Assembly (NCBI GenBank): GCA_030642005.1
Contig: DAOWOP010000003.1
Span: 1-36,813, forward strand
Direction: 5' to 3'
Origin: Planctomycetales bacterium
GTDB lineage: Bacteria > Planctomycetota > Phycisphaerae > SM23-33
DNA: 36,813 nt
The notes beneath the pieces are model-generated. The model saw only the letters and a list, made by a program, of their open reading frames with translations, was not told where the DNA came from and did no database searches. Numbering within the stretch: the first letter of the stretch is position 1; the number at the start of each line of letters is the position of its first letter. This document shows positions 34,920 to 36,813 of this stretch, piece by piece. A program made the translations under genes and the position numbers.

Positions 34920-35495
34920 GTGAAGAACAATAGAAAAATTGACGAGATGATCGGCGAACTTCTCGCCGCTGCCGGGAAACTGGACGAGACGGCGCGGTCG
35001 GCGATTGGGGATATTGCCGGGATTTTGATAGAGGCCTTCAGCGCCGGTCGTCGTGTGTATGTCTGCGGCAACGGCGGGTCGGCAGCCGACGCCCAGCACA
35101 TCGCCGCCGAACTGGTAGGGCGTTTCCGACGCGAGGGGCGCAAGCCCCTGCCATGCGTCGCCCTGACGACCGACACAAGTGTCCTGACGGCCTTGGCGAA
35201 CGATTTCGGCTTCGAGCAGGTTTTTTCCCGGCAGGTCGAAGCACTGGGAGTCGAAGGTGATGTATTGTGGGCGTTATCGACTTCCGGTGAGAGTCCTAAT
35301 GTCCTGGCTGCGGCGAAATCGGCGAAGCGGCTTGGGATAAAGGTCGTCGCAATGACGGGACCCGGCGGGGCGGACCTTGCCGGACTGGCCGACGTTTGTT
35401 TCAGCGCACCGGGACAATGGAGCGACAATATCCAGCAATTGCACCAGTTGGCGTATCACATAATTTGCGAATTGATAGATGAACATTTTGTATAA
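34920..35495 (+). CDS. gmhA: Phosphoheptose isomerase
   Basis: CGNGGSAADAQHIAAELVGRF, TALAND, STSGESPN. Confidence 0.95.
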   Translation: MKNNRKIDEMIGELLAAAGKLDETARSAIGDIAGILIEAFSAGRRVYVCGNGGSAADAQHIAAELVGRFRREGRKPLPCVALTTDTSVLTALANDFGFEQVFSRQVEALGVEGDVLWALSTSGESPNVLAAAKSAKRLGIKVVAMTGPGGADLAGLADVCFSAPGQWSDNIQQLHQLAYHIICELIDEHFV

Positions 35496-35530
35496 CACTG
35501 TGGCGGCAGGATGTTTAAGGGGCAAACGTT

Positions 35531-36454
35531 ATGGCTGATAAATGCGTCTTTCTCGATCGTGACCGGACGATTATCGAGGACCCCGGCTACCTGACGGACC
35601 CCGACGCCGTCAAACTCCTGCCGGGGGTTGAACTTGCTTTGCGGTCTCTTGGGCAGGCGGGTTTCAAACTGGTAGTCGTTACGAACCAGTCGGCAATCGC
35701 TCGCGGGCTGCTGACCGAAGACGGCCTGGAGCAAATCCACGACGAGATGCGCCGGCAACTGTCCGAGCGCGGCGTCGAACTGGATGCGATCTACTACTGC
35801 CCATATCACCCTGATGGGACCGTTGAGGAGTACACTCGCGTATCGGCCGATTCCAAGCCGTCGCCCGGCATGTTACTTCGGGCCTCGAAGGACTTGCGGA
35901 TAGACCTGACCGCCAGTTGGATGGTGGGCGATTCGCCGCGGGACATCGAGGCCGGTCAGAGGGCGGGCTGCCGAACCGTCCGCGTTCGCCTCAAGGGCGA
36001 CGGCGGGCCTGAACAGGATGAAGACGTTCAGGCCGATTTTACCGTTCGCAACCTTATCGACGCAGCGCGGGTGATCCTGCGTGAAAGCGGCGCAAGCCCG
36101 GCGGCGGGAAAAGCGTTCGAAAGTCCGGCAGCCATATCGGCCGGTGCAGGCCGGTTCGGCGAAAAGCCGGAGATGCCGATAGACAGCATGACTGATTCAC
36201 AGGTACTCCACGAAATCCTTCGCCACGTCAGACAGAACCTCACCCCCGGCGGGGGTTCGGAGTTCTCCGCGATGCGACTGATCGGCGCGATCTTTCAGAT
36301 ATTCGCACTCGCCGCTCTGACCTGGGGACTGATAAACATCCCCGGTGCGGCGACTTGCAATGAGACGTACGCTACCTGGCACGTGGCGTTGATGACGGCT
36401 GGCGTCCTGCAACTTGCGGCATTGACGTTCTTTATCCTTTCACGTCGGCGGTGA
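35531..36454 (+). CDS. gmhB: Heptose-1,7-bisphosphate phosphatase with C-terminal membrane extension
   Basis: FLDRD, VTNQS, YCPYHP, KPSPGM, MVGD..RDIEAG; two hydrophobic segments in the last ~65 aa. Confidence 0.85.
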   Translation: MADKCVFLDRDRTIIEDPGYLTDPDAVKLLPGVELALRSLGQAGFKLVVVTNQSAIARGLLTEDGLEQIHDEMRRQLSERGVELDAIYYCPYHPDGTVEEYTRVSADSKPSPGMLLRASKDLRIDLTASWMVGDSPRDIEAGQRAGCRTVRVRLKGDGGPEQDEDVQADFTVRNLIDAARVILRESGASPAAGKAFESPAAISAGAGRFGEKPEMPIDSMTDSQVLHEILRHVRQNLTPGGGSEFSAMRLIGAIFQIFALAALTWGLINIPGAATCNETYATWHVALMTAGVLQLAALTFFILSRRR

Positions 36455-36483
36455 ATGCAACAGCGCTAACCCGGATATTGCAC

Positions 36484-36669
36484 CGCAGAGAACGCAGAGT
36501 TCGCAGAGATGTTTATTTTAAAAGAACTTACGAGTGATTTTCACGATTTCGTAAAATGACACTCTGTTTTTTCAGATTATGGTAATCGGGGCACGATTGG
36601 TTGTGAGGAATTCCATAACTCTTGAAAAAACAATGAAATATGTTTTAAAAAATCTCTGTGAACTCTGTG
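36484..36669. repeat. Inverted 9-mer arrays flanking an AT-rich spacer
   Basis: cgcagagaa cgcagagtt cgcagagat (36484-36510) vs atctctgtg aactctgtg (36652-36669). Confidence 0.75.
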
Positions 36670-36688
36670 TCCTGTGCCCTTTAGCCAA

Positions 36689-36813
36689 TTATGCGGCCGC
36701 GCAAAGGGCGTATTCAACGGCCTTCAGTAACTTGTGAACTTGTACCCGTAACGTTGAGTTGGATGAGATTCGATGACGCCACAGCACGCCACGCAAGCCC
36801 GAGAGCATATCCA
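36689..36813 (-). CDS. 3' end of a probable DDE transposase (IS701-like); partial at window edge
   Basis: DMLSGLRGVLWRHRISSNSTLRVQVHKLLKAVEYALCAAA*; resembles the DML..LR..LW...LCxAA C-termini I recall from such transposases. Confidence 0.5.
   Translation of the reverse strand, partial: DMLSGLRGVLWRHRISSNSTLRVQVHKLLKAVEYALCAAA

Noticed and set aside
33329-35428. 699-aa minus-strand ORF, and similar long antisense ORFs (2134-3639, 1260-2150, 5868-6914, 25963-26928, 29858-30850)
   Set aside because: They are shadows of well-supported genes on the opposite strand in GC-rich DNA and have no recognisable motifs.

Overview
GC-rich bacterial chromosomal window, probably Planctomycetota/Phycisphaerae (inferred from an H-X9-DG prepilin-type remnant, protein style and repeat types). 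0.4-23.6 kb is a dense glutamine/nitrogen cluster: pyrG-carB >< carA <> glmS >< glnA-porin-glnK-amtB <> NifA-like sigma54 activator, gltB-gltD >< an uncharacterised PPDK_N (ATP-grasp) protein. A near-consensus sigma54 -24/-12 promoter drives the amtB operon. Next is a decayed ~1.86 kb tyrosine-integrase element at tRNA-Ser(GCT), bounded by a 12-bp direct repeat, whose integrase reads through the att site into the tRNA. Then come a sensor-less sigma54 activator, a cupin, ligA, a candidate 24-aa membrane peptide, an isocitrate-dehydrogenase-family gene, an intact IS630, the LPS genes lpxK-hldE-gmhA-gmhB and the 3' end of a probable transposase. Short tandem and palindromic repeats recur; they form hairpins, sit in frame inside carB, gltB, ligA and icd, and host at least one IS insertion. 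The best candidate for an undescribed system is an NtrBC-independent nitrogen-control module: GAF-type activator, PII lacking Tyr51, putative porin and the dikinase-like protein. All product calls are from motif recognition only; no searches were run.
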